The notes below the pieces were generated by a model, which had not been told where the DNA came from, ran no database searches, and was given only the letters and a program-made list of their open reading frames with translations. From an uncultured Gammaproteobacteria bacterium (GTDB lineage Bacteria > Pseudomonadota > Gammaproteobacteria > CAWCPV01): DNA of 64,000 nt. Location: positions 928,001-992,000 of the forward strand of contig CAWCPV010000003.1 of NCBI GenBank assembly GCA_963797555.1, in the 5' to 3' direction. The position numbers and the translations under genes were made by a program. Numbering within the stretch: position 1 is the first letter of the stretch; the number at the start of each line of letters is the position of its first letter. Shown here in pieces: positions 9,107 through 18,970 of the stretch.

Positions 9107-11182
9107 ATGATTGGCGCTTTGGTCTTTGCCTTGCTGTGCGCGGTCGCGGCCCTAGTCTACGGGTTCCTGTCCATCCAGTGGGTGTTGAGGCAGCCGTCCG
9201 GCAGCGAACGGATGCGCGCCATCGCCGAGTATATCCAAGAAGGGGCGTCCGCCTACCTGCGACGCCAGTACACCACCATCGGCATCGTCGGTATCGTCCT
9301 GTTCGTCATTATCGCGTTGGCGCCGGGTCTGGGCCTGCCGACGGCCACGGGCTTCGCCATCGGGGCGGTCCTGTCGGGACTGACGGGCTTCATCGGCATG
9401 AACATCTCGGTTCGGGCCAATGTGCGCACCGCCGAGGCGGCCAAGGGGGGCATCAATAACGCCCTGCAGCTCGCGTTTCGCAGCGGCTCAATCACCGGGT
9501 TACTGGTGGTGGGCCTCGGGCTCCTAGGAGTCTCGGGCTACTACGCTATCCTGGTGGCCGTCAGCGATCCCGATCAAGCGGTGACCCACTTGATAGGACT
9601 GGGCTTCGGGGCGTCGCTCATCTCCATCTTCGCCCGACTCGGAGGCGGCATTTTCACCAAGGGCGCAAACGTCGGCGCCGACCTCGTAGGTAAGGTAGAG
9701 GTCGGAATCCCCGAGGACGACCCGCGCAACCCCGCAGTGATTGCCGACAATGTCGGGGACAACGTGGGGGACTGCGCCGGAATGGCGGCGGACCTGTTCG
9801 AGACCTACGCCGTCACGATCATCGCCACCATGCTCCTCGGCGCACTCCTGCTGAAGCAGGCGGGAAACACCGTCATCGTCTATCCCCTGGTGCTGGGAGG
9901 CGTCTCCATCATCGCCTCGGTGATCGGGACCTTCTTCGTCAAGGCTTCGGCAGGGGGAAGGATAATGAGCGCCCTCTACCGGGGTGTCATCACCTCCGGC
10001 GCAATAGCCGCGGTCCTGTTCTACCCGGTCACGGTCTGGCTGATGCCGGCAACGGTCGAAGTCCAAGGGGCGGTTATCACGGGGACAGGCATCTACCTGG
10101 CGGCGCTCGTCGGGCTAGCACTCACCGCAGCCCTGATGGTCATCACCGAGTATTACACGGCTACCCAGTATGGACCGGTGCGCCACATCGCCCAAGCATC
10201 TACCACCGGCCACGCCACCAACATCATCGCAGGGCTGGGCCTATCGATGAAGGCCACCGCACTGCCGGTGCTGGCGGTATGCGCCAGTATCTGGGGGGCT
10301 CACGAGTTGGCCGGACTTTACGGCATCGCCATCGCCGCCACCTCCATGCTCTCCATGACCGGCATGATCGTCGCCTTGGATGCCTATGGTCCCGTCACGG
10401 ACAACGCCGGCGGGATCGCAGAGATGGCGGACCTCCCACCCGAGGTTCGCGGCGTCACCGACCCACTGGATGCGGTCGGCAACACCACCAAGGCCGTCAC
10501 CAAAGGCTATGCCATCGGTTCAGCGGGCCTGGCGGCGCTCGTGCTTTTCGCGGATTACACCCACGCCCTGGAGCACGCCGGCACTCACCTGGCGTTCGAT
10601 CTCTCGGATCCGGCGATCATCATCGGTCTGTTCATCGGTGGGCTCGTGCCTTACCTGTTCGCCTCCATGGCCATGGAGGCCGTCGGCCGGGCTGCGGGCT
10701 CCGTGGTCATGGAGGTCCGCCGCCAGTTCAGGGAGATCAAGGGCATCTTGGAGGGCGAAGCCAAACCGGACTACTCGCGGGCTGTCGACCTGCTCACGCG
10801 CGCCGCGATCAAGGAGATGGTGGTCCCCTCGCTGCTGCCCGTGCTGGTCCCCATCGTCGTGGTGTTCCTGATGAGCTGGATAATGGGGCCTGCTGCAGGC
10901 CCCAAGGCTCTGGGCGGCGTCCTGGTGGGGACCATCGTGACCGGACTGTTCGTGGCCATTTCCATGACCACCGGTGGCGGGGCCTGGGACAATGCCAAGA
11001 AGTACATCGAGGACGGCAACTTGGGCGGCAAGGGCTCGGACGCTCATAAGGCCGCGGTGACCGGAGACACGGTCGGCGACCCCTACAAGGACACAGCCGG
11101 GCCGGCCATCAACCCCCTCATCAAGATCATCAATATCGTCGCGCTGCTCCTAGTCCCGCTGCTCCCCGCCGTGGGGCAATGA
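9107..11182 (+). CDS. hppA: Membrane H+-translocating pyrophosphatase, K+-independent type
   Basis: [24 protein letters not shown] (Lys = K+-independent signature), [10 protein letters not shown]; first motif reads [11 protein letters not shown] rather than [11 protein letters not shown]. Confidence 0.95.
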   Translation: MIGALVFALLCAVAALVYGFLSIQWVLRQPSGSERMRAIAEYIQEGASAYLRRQYTTIGIVGIVLFVIIALAPGLGLPTATGFAIGAVLSGLTGFIGMNISVRANVRTAEAAKGGINNALQLAFRSGSITGLLVVGLGLLGVSGYYAILVAVSDPDQAVTHLIGLGFGASLISIFARLGGGIFTKGANVGADLVGKVEVGIPEDDPRNPAVIADNVGDNVGDCAGMAADLFETYAVTIIATMLLGALLLKQAGNTVIVYPLVLGGVSIIASVIGTFFVKASAGGRIMSALYRGVITSGAIAAVLFYPVTVWLMPATVEVQGAVITGTGIYLAALVGLALTAALMVITEYYTATQYGPVRHIAQASTTGHATNIIAGLGLSMKATALPVLAVCASIWGAHELAGLYGIAIAATSMLSMTGMIVALDAYGPVTDNAGGIAEMADLPPEVRGVTDPLDAVGNTTKAVTKGYAIGSAGLAALVLFADYTHALEHAGTHLAFDLSDPAIIIGLFIGGLVPYLFASMAMEAVGRAAGSVVMEVRRQFREIKGILEGEAKPDYSRAVDLLTRAAIKEMVVPSLLPVLVPIVVVFLMSWIMGPAAGPKALGGVLVGTIVTGLFVAISMTTGGGAWDNAKKYIEDGNLGGKGSDAHKAAVTGDTVGDPYKDTAGPAINPLIKIINIVALLLVPLLPAVGQ

Positions 11183-11596
11183 GGGAAGCCCACGGGGGAC
11201 ATGGCAATGCCGGGGAGCACTGCGCAGCAGTCGTCGACGCGACGCCGACGCAGAATCGCCAGGGATCGCGGGCAACCCACCCTCACGCTCGATCGCCCGC
11301 GGCTCCCCCGCCCTCCCTAGCCCGGTCTCCCCCTCGAGTCGCTTGCAAGATGCCAAGGGCGTCACGCAGGGGCTCGATCGGGAGACGGTGGCGCATGGTG
11401 TTCACGGGTCACGAGGGGTCGCGGCAGTTGTGGCCATGCCCGGCGTGCTCGATGAAGCAGAGAGGATATGCACCGGATCCGGCATCTCGCTGCGCTCGGC
11501 GGCGACGGTCCTTGGACTACACCGTAACCGCCCAACGGCGCAGCACACCCCCCAGCCCCTAGGTGCCGGCTCTCGCCTGTGGCAATGAAATCCCCC

Positions 11597-11995
11597 TCAG
11601 AGCTTGGGCGTACCGTCGTGGGCGTAGGTCCGCTCGAACAAGCCCTGGCAGGAAACGCAGCGCTTCGCCTCCGGGTGAGCCCCCAAGCGCTGGTAACCGA
11701 TGCTCTCCCCGCAGTCGATGCAGGTGCCGTAGCTCCCCATTGCGATGCGGTTCAATGCCTGCTCGACTTCTTTGAGCTCCCGAATCTGACGATCGATGAT
11801 GGCGATGCTAAAGTCCACCAGGAGGTCGGCAACCGACTCCTCCGCTTCGTCGTGCACGCGCTCCGCCAAGTCGATGTAATGCGCTTCATCCGATCGCAAC
11901 AGCTCTTCCCGGATCTCTTCCTGGAGACGGCGACGCTTGTCTTCGAGGCGCTTCTTCAGCTCCGCGATTTGCTCCTTGGTCATTTCCTGGGTCAC
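11597..11995 (-). CDS. TraR/DksA family C4 zinc-finger protein
   Basis: Coiled coil then ALNRIAMGSYGTCIDCGESI..RL.AHPEAKRCVSCQ. Confidence 0.9.
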   Translation of the reverse strand: MTQEMTKEQIAELKKRLEDKRRRLQEEIREELLRSDEAHYIDLAERVHDEAEESVADLLVDFSIAIIDRQIRELKEVEQALNRIAMGSYGTCIDCGESIGYQRLGAHPEAKRCVSCQGLFERTYAHDGTPKL

Positions 11996-12102
11996 CGCGA
12001 GTATCCCCCGAGTTCAGTTACAGGTCGTAGCACAGTACGATGTTGCCCTGAGGGATGGACTGGAGGCCGGTGCGGACTGCAGTCACCGACCTGCCGTTTG
12101 CA

Positions 12103-12792
12103 CTACCAAGGCATAAAGCCATTCCCCCACGGCATAAAGCTGTTCATCATGCTCATCGGTCGGGCGGCTTGACCCATGCTCCCCACATCCCGCCCCATGC
12201 GGCCGATGGAGTAACTCATGGTGGACATGAACTGGCTCATGGCGATCATGTTCGCCACGATAGGCTCCATCTTTGCGGAGATGATGGTGATATTTCCCGA
12301 CAACACGTGCATGGTGACGTTGATGGCTGTAAGGTCGGAGCTGATGATATCCGTATTCCCCGCGATCTTGGTGAGGTCCGCCATCATCGTGGACATTTCG
12401 CGCTCCACCTTCGCCATATTCTCACTCAAGGACAGGGTATTACCAGACATCGAGTGCACGTCGAAACGCAGCTTATCCATGCTGTCAGACAGCCGCAGCA
12501 CGCTGGCCGAAATGTTCGCCATGTTTTGGCCCATGTTCTTGTCAATCGAGCGGGCCAAAATGGAAACGTCGTGGGTCAGGCTGTAGATCAGATAGAAACC
12601 ATAGGCAGCCAGCACGATGAAGGCGAACAGCGACGGGTACACGACCAGCTCCCACCGGCGCGCACTAGCCTCAAACGCCTTGGCGAAGCGGTCGAGGCCC
12701 GCATCCATCGAGGAAGCGGACTGACGGGGCTCTATCGCCTCAGGTCCGTGGCCGCCCGGGGCGGAATTTCCTTCGTCAGATGGGGTGGTCAT
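12103..12792 (-). CDS. Single-TM protein with Met-rich heptad-repeat coiled coil
   Basis: FEASARRWELVVYPSLFAFIVLAAYGFYLIY TM segment, then M/I/L heptads ending ARPMSMMNSFMPW. Confidence 0.8.
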   Translation of the reverse strand: MTTPSDEGNSAPGGHGPEAIEPRQSASSMDAGLDRFAKAFEASARRWELVVYPSLFAFIVLAAYGFYLIYSLTHDVSILARSIDKNMGQNMANISASVLRLSDSMDKLRFDVHSMSGNTLSLSENMAKVEREMSTMMADLTKIAGNTDIISSDLTAINVTMHVLSGNITIISAKMEPIVANMIAMSQFMSTMSYSIGRMGRDVGSMGQAARPMSMMNSFMPWGNGFMPW

Positions 12793-13037
12793 GCATCAAG
12801 TCCTTACGGGCGCGCAACGGCACGTCTACCGGGTATCCCGAAGGGAAAGTCGGATTGTGACACCCGTTATGACGGCCCGTCAACCTTGGTGCGGCGCGCC
12901 AGAATCTGGTGAGCGCAAGCGTCGCCCATCCCGCCGCCGCGCCTCCGCCGCCGAAGCTCACACGGGTGCTGGCGCCCCATGCCTGCTGTTCAGTCCGACC
13001 CCGCATTTCGACCCCTGAGCTTCAGAGCCCCTGGTCA

Positions 13038-16000
13038 TCAGCTCTCACCGAGCTGCGTCTCTATGCCATCCGCCAACTCGGTAAAGCCGGACTGCGCGTG
13101 CTCGGCCGGGGTAAGGTGGTTCATGTCGGCCAGCACATCCGTCAGGCGCGCAATGGTGGCACGGATCTCACGGTAAAGGTCCAAGGTTTCCCGCACCCCC
13201 TCCAGGTTCGATCCCTCGACCGTTTTCATTTCGGCATCCAGCTCCCCGATCTTCTGCTCCCAGAACCTGATATGGCCCACAATCCCGATCGGGTCATGGA
13301 TCCCCGCCTCATCGAGGACTATCGGGAAGCCCCGCCCGCGCAGGTCCTTCGCCTTGTCGATTTGGATCAGCTCGAACATGCAATAGCGTGAGCGCAGATA
13401 CGCCTCGCTGAGCACCACAACCGCCGCCTTGCCCCGGCCCAGCCGGTTCATGAAGTCCAGGATAGAGTCCTTGTAATGCAGCTCGTCCTTGTCCCGCGTC
13501 ACCCGAATACCGCGGCCCCGCAGCGCATCGGTGAGTGCATCGACAATGGCCGTATCCGCCCGCCACGCATACGACACGAAGACCTCCGGCGGATCGACGG
13601 GGGCATGCAGAGGGGGCGTCGCTTCCACCCGCTCGTATTCCACTATCCCTGCCTCGCGGCCTGTCCCGCGTTCGAACACCGCATCGATCAGGGCGGCGGC
13701 ATCCACCATCTCCCAACTGCGGCGACACTGGATCGGCCGGCTTTCGCGTGCCGCTCGGGTCAGGACTTCGAAGGGGAAGGACTCCGGATCCGGATGTCCG
13801 GCGCACTGGGGACAGTTGCAGGGGACCAGGGCCTGGGCATCCAGGCGCGGGAAGCTGCGATGAATGCGCGTGAGCTCGTGCAGGACTATCCCGAGCAGGA
13901 CCTTGCGCCCGGGGCCTTGGGCGCGCAGCACCAGTTGGCGCCGCTGGTTGTCCTCGACCGCTTCGCACCGTGCCTCCTCGTGCTCCAAGACCACGCCGGA
14001 GCGCCAAACCAACCGGCCCCCGCCCGTGATGTAGGGATGAGTCGCGACCGTGAGACGGGTGATGATCCCTTTGGGCATAAAGCCATAGACCCAGCGTAGA
14101 ACCAGGTCGCGGCTCTGGTCCCACGGGTAGGTGGGGCGCGACGCGGGAAGGAGCTGGGGCGCAATATAGCCCGTCCCGTCCGGCAGCTCGTAACAGAGCT
14201 GGAACTTCATCATCAGTCGCAGCAACTCGTCTCCCATGCCCGCGTGCTCGGGGGCATCCCAGATGCGTGCGAGGTCGGCCCGTGAAAAGTGGCCGTAGGC
14301 GGCCGCCACCCCGGCATCGTCCAGCACCCGGTAGACCGCATCCGTGCCCCAGGAGGGGCGCAGGATCACCGTGTGCTTGAGCACCGGATCGTCCTGGAAG
14401 TGCAGACAGATGCCGAGGTCGTGCAGGTAGTCGCTCAACTGAAGCTTGTCCTTGTCGCGGGTAAAGCCATGGCGCCCGCAGAGGTCGAGAAACTCGGTCA
14501 GGGCGATATGGTCCCGGGAGTCCGATTCCAGTGCCTCGCGCACCCGCTTCCAGGCGGCGGGCAGTGCGTCTCCGATGTGCGGAAGCCCCTCCAATTGGTG
14601 GCGGATGCGCCGGACCACCCCGTCCAGCCCCCGGTTGGTTTGCAAGTTGGTGGCCAGGATCTCCTTCACGTTGGGGAAGCGCGCCCGCAGAGTTGCCTCG
14701 TCCAGCTCCCTGCGCCGGTCCTGCTTTTCGTTCTTGACGATGATGAGCGGGGCATCCCCCGCCAGCAGTTCCACCACGCCGAGCCAGTAATGGAAGTCCG
14801 TGTCCTCCTTGCGTGCGTCCGCCACCAGCACATAGAGCGAGCGGTGGGTCAGGAAGAACTGATGGGTGGCGTGGTAGATCTCCTGTCCGCCGAAGTCCCA
14901 GATCCCCACCTCGAAGTCCCGGTCGATGGGAGCGGCGCCGTCAGCGCGGGGATGGATGCGGCTCGGGAAGCGCCAGCGCAGGATGTCTATACCTTCGGTA
15001 GAGGGCCGGTCCGGGTCGAGGGCATAGGCGGGGTCCAGGATCTTCGCCGCCAGGGTGCTTTTGCCGGCTCCGCCCTCGCCCACGATCAGGAGCTTGGCCT
15101 CGCACAGATAGTCTGTCCCGGTCTCGGCCCGCTGACGCCAGTAATCGCGGATGGCGTCCAGACCCTTGGAGACCACCTCCTCGGGCGGGGTGACGATGGG
15201 TTGGTTACTGATGTCGAGGTAACGCAGGTGGGTCAGTTTGAGGATCGCGGCGGGTATCTCTCTGATTTGACCTGGGGTGCGGTTGATGCCAACTATTTGG
15301 GATTCGCCTCGGTTGAACCAGGCATGAGAAGGTACTGTACCGTCCAACCAGAGGTTCCGGAGACGATGCAGCGAGTAAACGACGGTTGGGATCTCTTGAA
15401 GATTCGAATGGCTCAGATCGAGGTGTTCCAGCCTCTGTAGAGCCGCTAATTCATCGGGGATGAACTCCAATGGATTACTGCTGAGACCGAGCGTGACAAG
15501 GCGAACCGATTGGTGTATTGCGGGTGACAATCCAGATATTCGATTGTAGCCTACGAATACAGACCGCAGGTCGGGCAGCGCAAAGAGCCAGTCCGGAAGA
15601 CAGTCCAGGCCCGCGTCCTCGGCTTCAAGCGTCTGAAGCCGGGTAAGCTGCATTATTGACTCCGGCAACCGGGTGATCGGATTGCCGGACAAGGTCAGAT
15701 GCTGCAGATTTGCGAGGCGACCCACCCCCTCCGGAAGATCACTTAGCCCGCAATAGAAGAGGTCGAGTCTCTCCAGAAGCGGAAAACGGTCTCCGATGTC
15801 CCCGAGGACTTCCTCGATCCAGTGCGGCGGCTGCGCATCCTTCTCGTAGCGGCCCAGGTCGAGCCAGCGCAGTTTCGAGAGCGCGCGGAGTCGCTCCGGC
15901 GGGGACTCCAGCTCCCAATCGAGCGCGACGCCGCGTACCTGCTCGTCCGGCACGCCTAGCCGTTCGATCACCGACCAGTGCGCGGAAATGGGCAAGCCCG

Positions 16001-16232
16001 CGGGCACGTCTTCGATCGGATTGTCGAATACAATGACCTCCCGCAGCGCCTTCAACTCCGAGACCCAGGCCGGCAGGGAGCGGATCCGGTTACCCGAGAT
16101 GTTCAGCGACTCCAGCCAATAGATCTCGCGGACCGCCTCCGGCACTGAGTCCAGCTCCCCATAGCTAAGGTTCAGGTGCTTGTGCCGCTGTCGTCGCGCC
16201 TCTTCGAGTTTCTCCTCATTCCGGGGTTTCAC
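13038..16232 (-). CDS. Roco protein: LRR - Roc GTPase - COR - TIR
   Basis: LxxLxLSxNxL repeats; GEGGAGKST, STEGIDI, WDFGGQEIY, NEKQD; COR (LHDLGICLHF, FMPKGII); TIR VFVSYAW...SRYCMFEL. Confidence 0.93.
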   Translation of the reverse strand: MKPRNEEKLEEARRQRHKHLNLSYGELDSVPEAVREIYWLESLNISGNRIRSLPAWVSELKALREVIVFDNPIEDVPAGLPISAHWSVIERLGVPDEQVRGVALDWELESPPERLRALSKLRWLDLGRYEKDAQPPHWIEEVLGDIGDRFPLLERLDLFYCGLSDLPEGVGRLANLQHLTLSGNPITRLPESIMQLTRLQTLEAEDAGLDCLPDWLFALPDLRSVFVGYNRISGLSPAIHQSVRLVTLGLSSNPLEFIPDELAALQRLEHLDLSHSNLQEIPTVVYSLHRLRNLWLDGTVPSHAWFNRGESQIVGINRTPGQIREIPAAILKLTHLRYLDISNQPIVTPPEEVVSKGLDAIRDYWRQRAETGTDYLCEAKLLIVGEGGAGKSTLAAKILDPAYALDPDRPSTEGIDILRWRFPSRIHPRADGAAPIDRDFEVGIWDFGGQEIYHATHQFFLTHRSLYVLVADARKEDTDFHYWLGVVELLAGDAPLIIVKNEKQDRRRELDEATLRARFPNVKEILATNLQTNRGLDGVVRRIRHQLEGLPHIGDALPAAWKRVREALESDSRDHIALTEFLDLCGRHGFTRDKDKLQLSDYLHDLGICLHFQDDPVLKHTVILRPSWGTDAVYRVLDDAGVAAAYGHFSRADLARIWDAPEHAGMGDELLRLMMKFQLCYELPDGTGYIAPQLLPASRPTYPWDQSRDLVLRWVYGFMPKGIITRLTVATHPYITGGGRLVWRSGVVLEHEEARCEAVEDNQRRQLVLRAQGPGRKVLLGIVLHELTRIHRSFPRLDAQALVPCNCPQCAGHPDPESFPFEVLTRAARESRPIQCRRSWEMVDAAALIDAVFERGTGREAGIVEYERVEATPPLHAPVDPPEVFVSYAWRADTAIVDALTDALRGRGIRVTRDKDELHYKDSILDFMNRLGRGKAAVVVLSEAYLRSRYCMFELIQIDKAKDLRGRGFPIVLDEAGIHDPIGIVGHIRFWEQKIGELDAEMKTVEGSNLEGVRETLDLYREIRATIARLTDVLADMNHLTPAEHAQSGFTELADGIETQLGES

Positions 16233-16380
16233 CCCTTACTCCATACCCGATCCAAATCGATAGATTCGCGCTGCGATCCAGCGCCCAGGGGAAACCGGCC
16301 AGTGCCCGTCGGGCTCGCGACCGTCGCGCCCAATCCGAGGTGGACCCCGGCCGGAGGCGCCGGCTGCACCTCGCAGGCTA

Positions 16381-16542
16381 GGGGGCGGCAGGAGAGCGTG
16401 CTCGCCGCAAGCCTCCGTCGATGTCCCATGGGAGCTGCCCCTCGCGGGTCCCACAGACTGCCCGAGGCGGGGTGCACCGGGAACCCCCACCGCCCCCTGA
16501 GAATCCGCCAGATTGTGGTCGTTTAACCGGGACACCACCAGC
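16381..16542 (-). ncRNA. Candidate structured 5' leader RNA of the Roco-TIR gene
   Basis: On the - transcript AGGGGGCGGUGGGGG pairs with CUCUCCUGCCGCCCCCU, closing a long rod capped by CCC-GCGA-GGG; upstream GUGGU...ACCAC hairpin whose GGUGUCCC can alternatively pair with GGGACAUC. Confidence 0.4.
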
Positions 16543-16548
16543 CCCTCA

Positions 16549-16577
16549 ACGCTAGGCGCGGTGTGTCTCCGGTGCAA
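16549..16577 (-). promoter_or_regulatory. Putative sigma70 promoter for leader plus Roco gene
   Basis: TTGCAC-N17-TAGCGT on the - strand. Confidence 0.5.
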
Positions 16578-16982
16578 GTGGTCCGCGGCACGGGGCCGCC
16601 GCATCAAGGGTCGCGCAACCGCCCGAGCCATCAGACTCGCCGTAGCGATGGCGGACGCTCCCGCCCTCCCCCTGCTACAGGGCCGAGAGGGCCGTTCATT
16701 CCACACGGGCCACACGGCGCGGGCGCCGTGGCCCTCAGGCCATCCGCTCCCGGACCATCAGACGCCCGCCACTCGACTGGTACACGGTCGGCTCTCCAGG
16801 ACGGGGGCAGTAACCTGGGCCGGGCCCTGGGGACCATTGCTCAGGCGCTGGGATAGCTGCCCGCTCCTCGCCACACAGCGGGGAAGTTTACTCGGTGCGG
16901 CCGATCGGCCGTGGAACGTTCGATGGCGCAAGCCTACCACGACGGGTCGGGAATTTCGGCACAGCCTCTCAGGCGCCGGCGG

Positions 16983-17621
16983 CTAGGCCGCAAGCCCTGG
17001 ATACAGGACATCCGCCAAGCGGTCGAACTCCTGCGCCCCTTTGCCGTCCGGCTCCAATTCGAAGACGGCCAACCCCTCGCTGAAGGACCTGCGGTAGATC
17101 GTTCGTTGACAAAGACGGCTCTCGATCAGCTCCACTCCGGGCATTTGGCCAAGCGCCGCTTCGGTCTCATCGGATTCCCGCACGGCATGGTGGGTGTCGG
17201 CCCGGTTCACGAAGGCGAACACCTTGGGATGCTTTTGGGGGGAGACCACCTCCTGCACGATAAGCAGGAATCGTTGCGTCGACCAGATGTCCGCCTGACT
17301 GGGCGGCACCGGGATGAGGATACGATCAGCCACGGCAAGGGCCTCGCGCATTCCCGGAACGTTCGAAGCCCCCACGTCCACCAACACCTCCCCATCGCAC
17401 CGGAGCAACTGGGAGACGACATCCTTGTTTGCCTGCAGGATTTGGATAGCAGGCTGATAGCCTTCTTCGCGCCTGACATCGGTCACATCCGACAGCGTAG
17501 CCTGCGGATCCAGGTCGAAGGCTACGACGGACTCCCCGCGAACCGCCAACCACGCCGCAAGGTTGAAGGTCACTGTACTCTTCCCCGACCCCCCTTTCAG
17601 ATTTCCGATGACCGTGATCAC
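16983..17621 (-). CDS. Short ParA-family ATPase, no ParB nearby
   Basis: GNLKGGSGKST deviant Walker A, DLDPQ, VLVDVG, IPVPPSQAD. Confidence 0.9.
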   Translation of the reverse strand: MITVIGNLKGGSGKSTVTFNLAAWLAVRGESVVAFDLDPQATLSDVTDVRREEGYQPAIQILQANKDVVSQLLRCDGEVLVDVGASNVPGMREALAVADRILIPVPPSQADIWSTQRFLLIVQEVVSPQKHPKVFAFVNRADTHHAVRESDETEAALGQMPGVELIESRLCQRTIYRRSFSEGLAVFELEPDGKGAQEFDRLADVLYPGLAA

Positions 17622-17747
17622 AGACCGCTCCCAACCTTTGGTCGGCACTGTCCAAGGCTTCCACGATTAAGCCGCGTGGCGGCGCGCTGCGCGCTTCCTA
17701 CCTGCGACGCCAACCAGGCGCGATGATACTGCCGCAGGCAGCAACGA

Positions 17748-18965
17748 TCAACGACAGCCTCCGGGGGGATTGCTGGTCGACCCGCCCACAGCCGCAGATT
17801 CCGGACCTGCGGGAGCGAGGGTACGCTGGCGCGTCCGCGCAATAAGCTCCAGCACCGCCTCGGCCGCTTCCTTGTCCGAGTCGCGCTTAAGCTCATGGTG
17901 GACCCGGGCAAACTCGCGCGCCTGCAGCGCGAAGCCCTCGGGGTGGTCGAGGCAGGCAAGCACGGCGGCCCCCAGGTTCTCCGGCGTCGCGTCCTGCTGG
18001 AGAAACTCCGGGACCAGGGAGCAGCCCGCCAGCAGGTTCGGTAGCGCAACGCATGGCACCTTGACCAAGCGCCGCAGTATCTGAAAGGTCACCGGTGAGA
18101 GCCGATAGGCAACCACCATGGGCCGGGGGATGAGCATCGCTTCGAGGGAGGCGGTACCCGATGCAGCCAGTACCACATCGGCAGCGACCATGGCCTCGAT
18201 GGACCTGCCCTCGACCAGGGTCAACGGTAGATCGGGGGCGTACCGCACGCGCGCGGCCGCGAACAACCTCGCCGCCGCCGCATTGGCGGTCGGGCTGACA
18301 AAGTGCAACTGGGGCCGCCTCTCCAGGGACCAGCGAGCAGCGCGCAGAAACGGCTCGGCCAGATACCGGATCTCGCTGGATCGGCTGCCCGGCAGCAACG
18401 CCGCGATGGTCCCCTCCCGGGGAAGGCCCAGGGCCGAGCGAGCATCACTTTGCGAGAGCAGTGGCGGCATCACGGCGGCCAGCGGGTGCCCCACGAATCG
18501 CACGGGAATCGCATGCTGCTCGTAGAACTGCGCCTCGAAAGGGAACAAGGTCAGGACCAGATCTACGCACTCGCGCATCCTGCGCACCCGATACTGACGC
18601 CATGCCCACACCGATGGGCTCACATAGTGCGCGGTGGGCACGCCTGCACGTTTCAGCACCCGTTCGAGGGGCAGGTTGAAGTCGGGCGAGTCGATCCCTA
18701 CGAAGGCGTCCGGGGGGGCCGCCAGCCAGTGTCGTACCAGACGACGACGCAGCCGCAGCAGCCCCGGGAGGTGCCGCAGCACCTCCGCCAGGCCCATCAC
18801 CGACAGCCTGTCGGCGGGAGCCAGAACGCGGCACCCCTGAGCGGCCATCCGCGGGCCCGCGACACCCTCGAAGACTACGCCCGGCCACAACTCCTTGACG
18901 GCCGCCAGCAACCCCCCGCCCAATAGGTCGCCGGAAGACTCTCCGGCGACGACCGCGATGCGCAA
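17748..18965 (-). CDS. lpxB: Lipid-A-disaccharide synthase
   Basis: VAGESSGDLLG, GIDSPDFN, YVSPSVWAWR, LLPGSR, SGTASLE; start approximate. Confidence 0.95.
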   Translation of the reverse strand: MRIAVVAGESSGDLLGGGLLAAVKELWPGVVFEGVAGPRMAAQGCRVLAPADRLSVMGLAEVLRHLPGLLRLRRRLVRHWLAAPPDAFVGIDSPDFNLPLERVLKRAGVPTAHYVSPSVWAWRQYRVRRMRECVDLVLTLFPFEAQFYEQHAIPVRFVGHPLAAVMPPLLSQSDARSALGLPREGTIAALLPGSRSSEIRYLAEPFLRAARWSLERRPQLHFVSPTANAAAARLFAAARVRYAPDLPLTLVEGRSIEAMVAADVVLAASGTASLEAMLIPRPMVVAYRLSPVTFQILRRLVKVPCVALPNLLAGCSLVPEFLQQDATPENLGAAVLACLDHPEGFALQAREFARVHHELKRDSDKEAAEAVLELIARTRQRTLAPAGPESAAVGGSTSNPPGGCR

Positions 18966-18970
18966 GGCAG

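Noticed and set aside
11183-11596. Possible gene remnant between hppA and the TraR/DksA gene
   Set aside because: No recognisable motif in any frame
16400-16470. SRP (4.5S) RNA identity for the hairpin upstream of Roco
   Set aside because: Only superficial similarity; lacks the CAGG/GGAA/AGCA helix-8 signature
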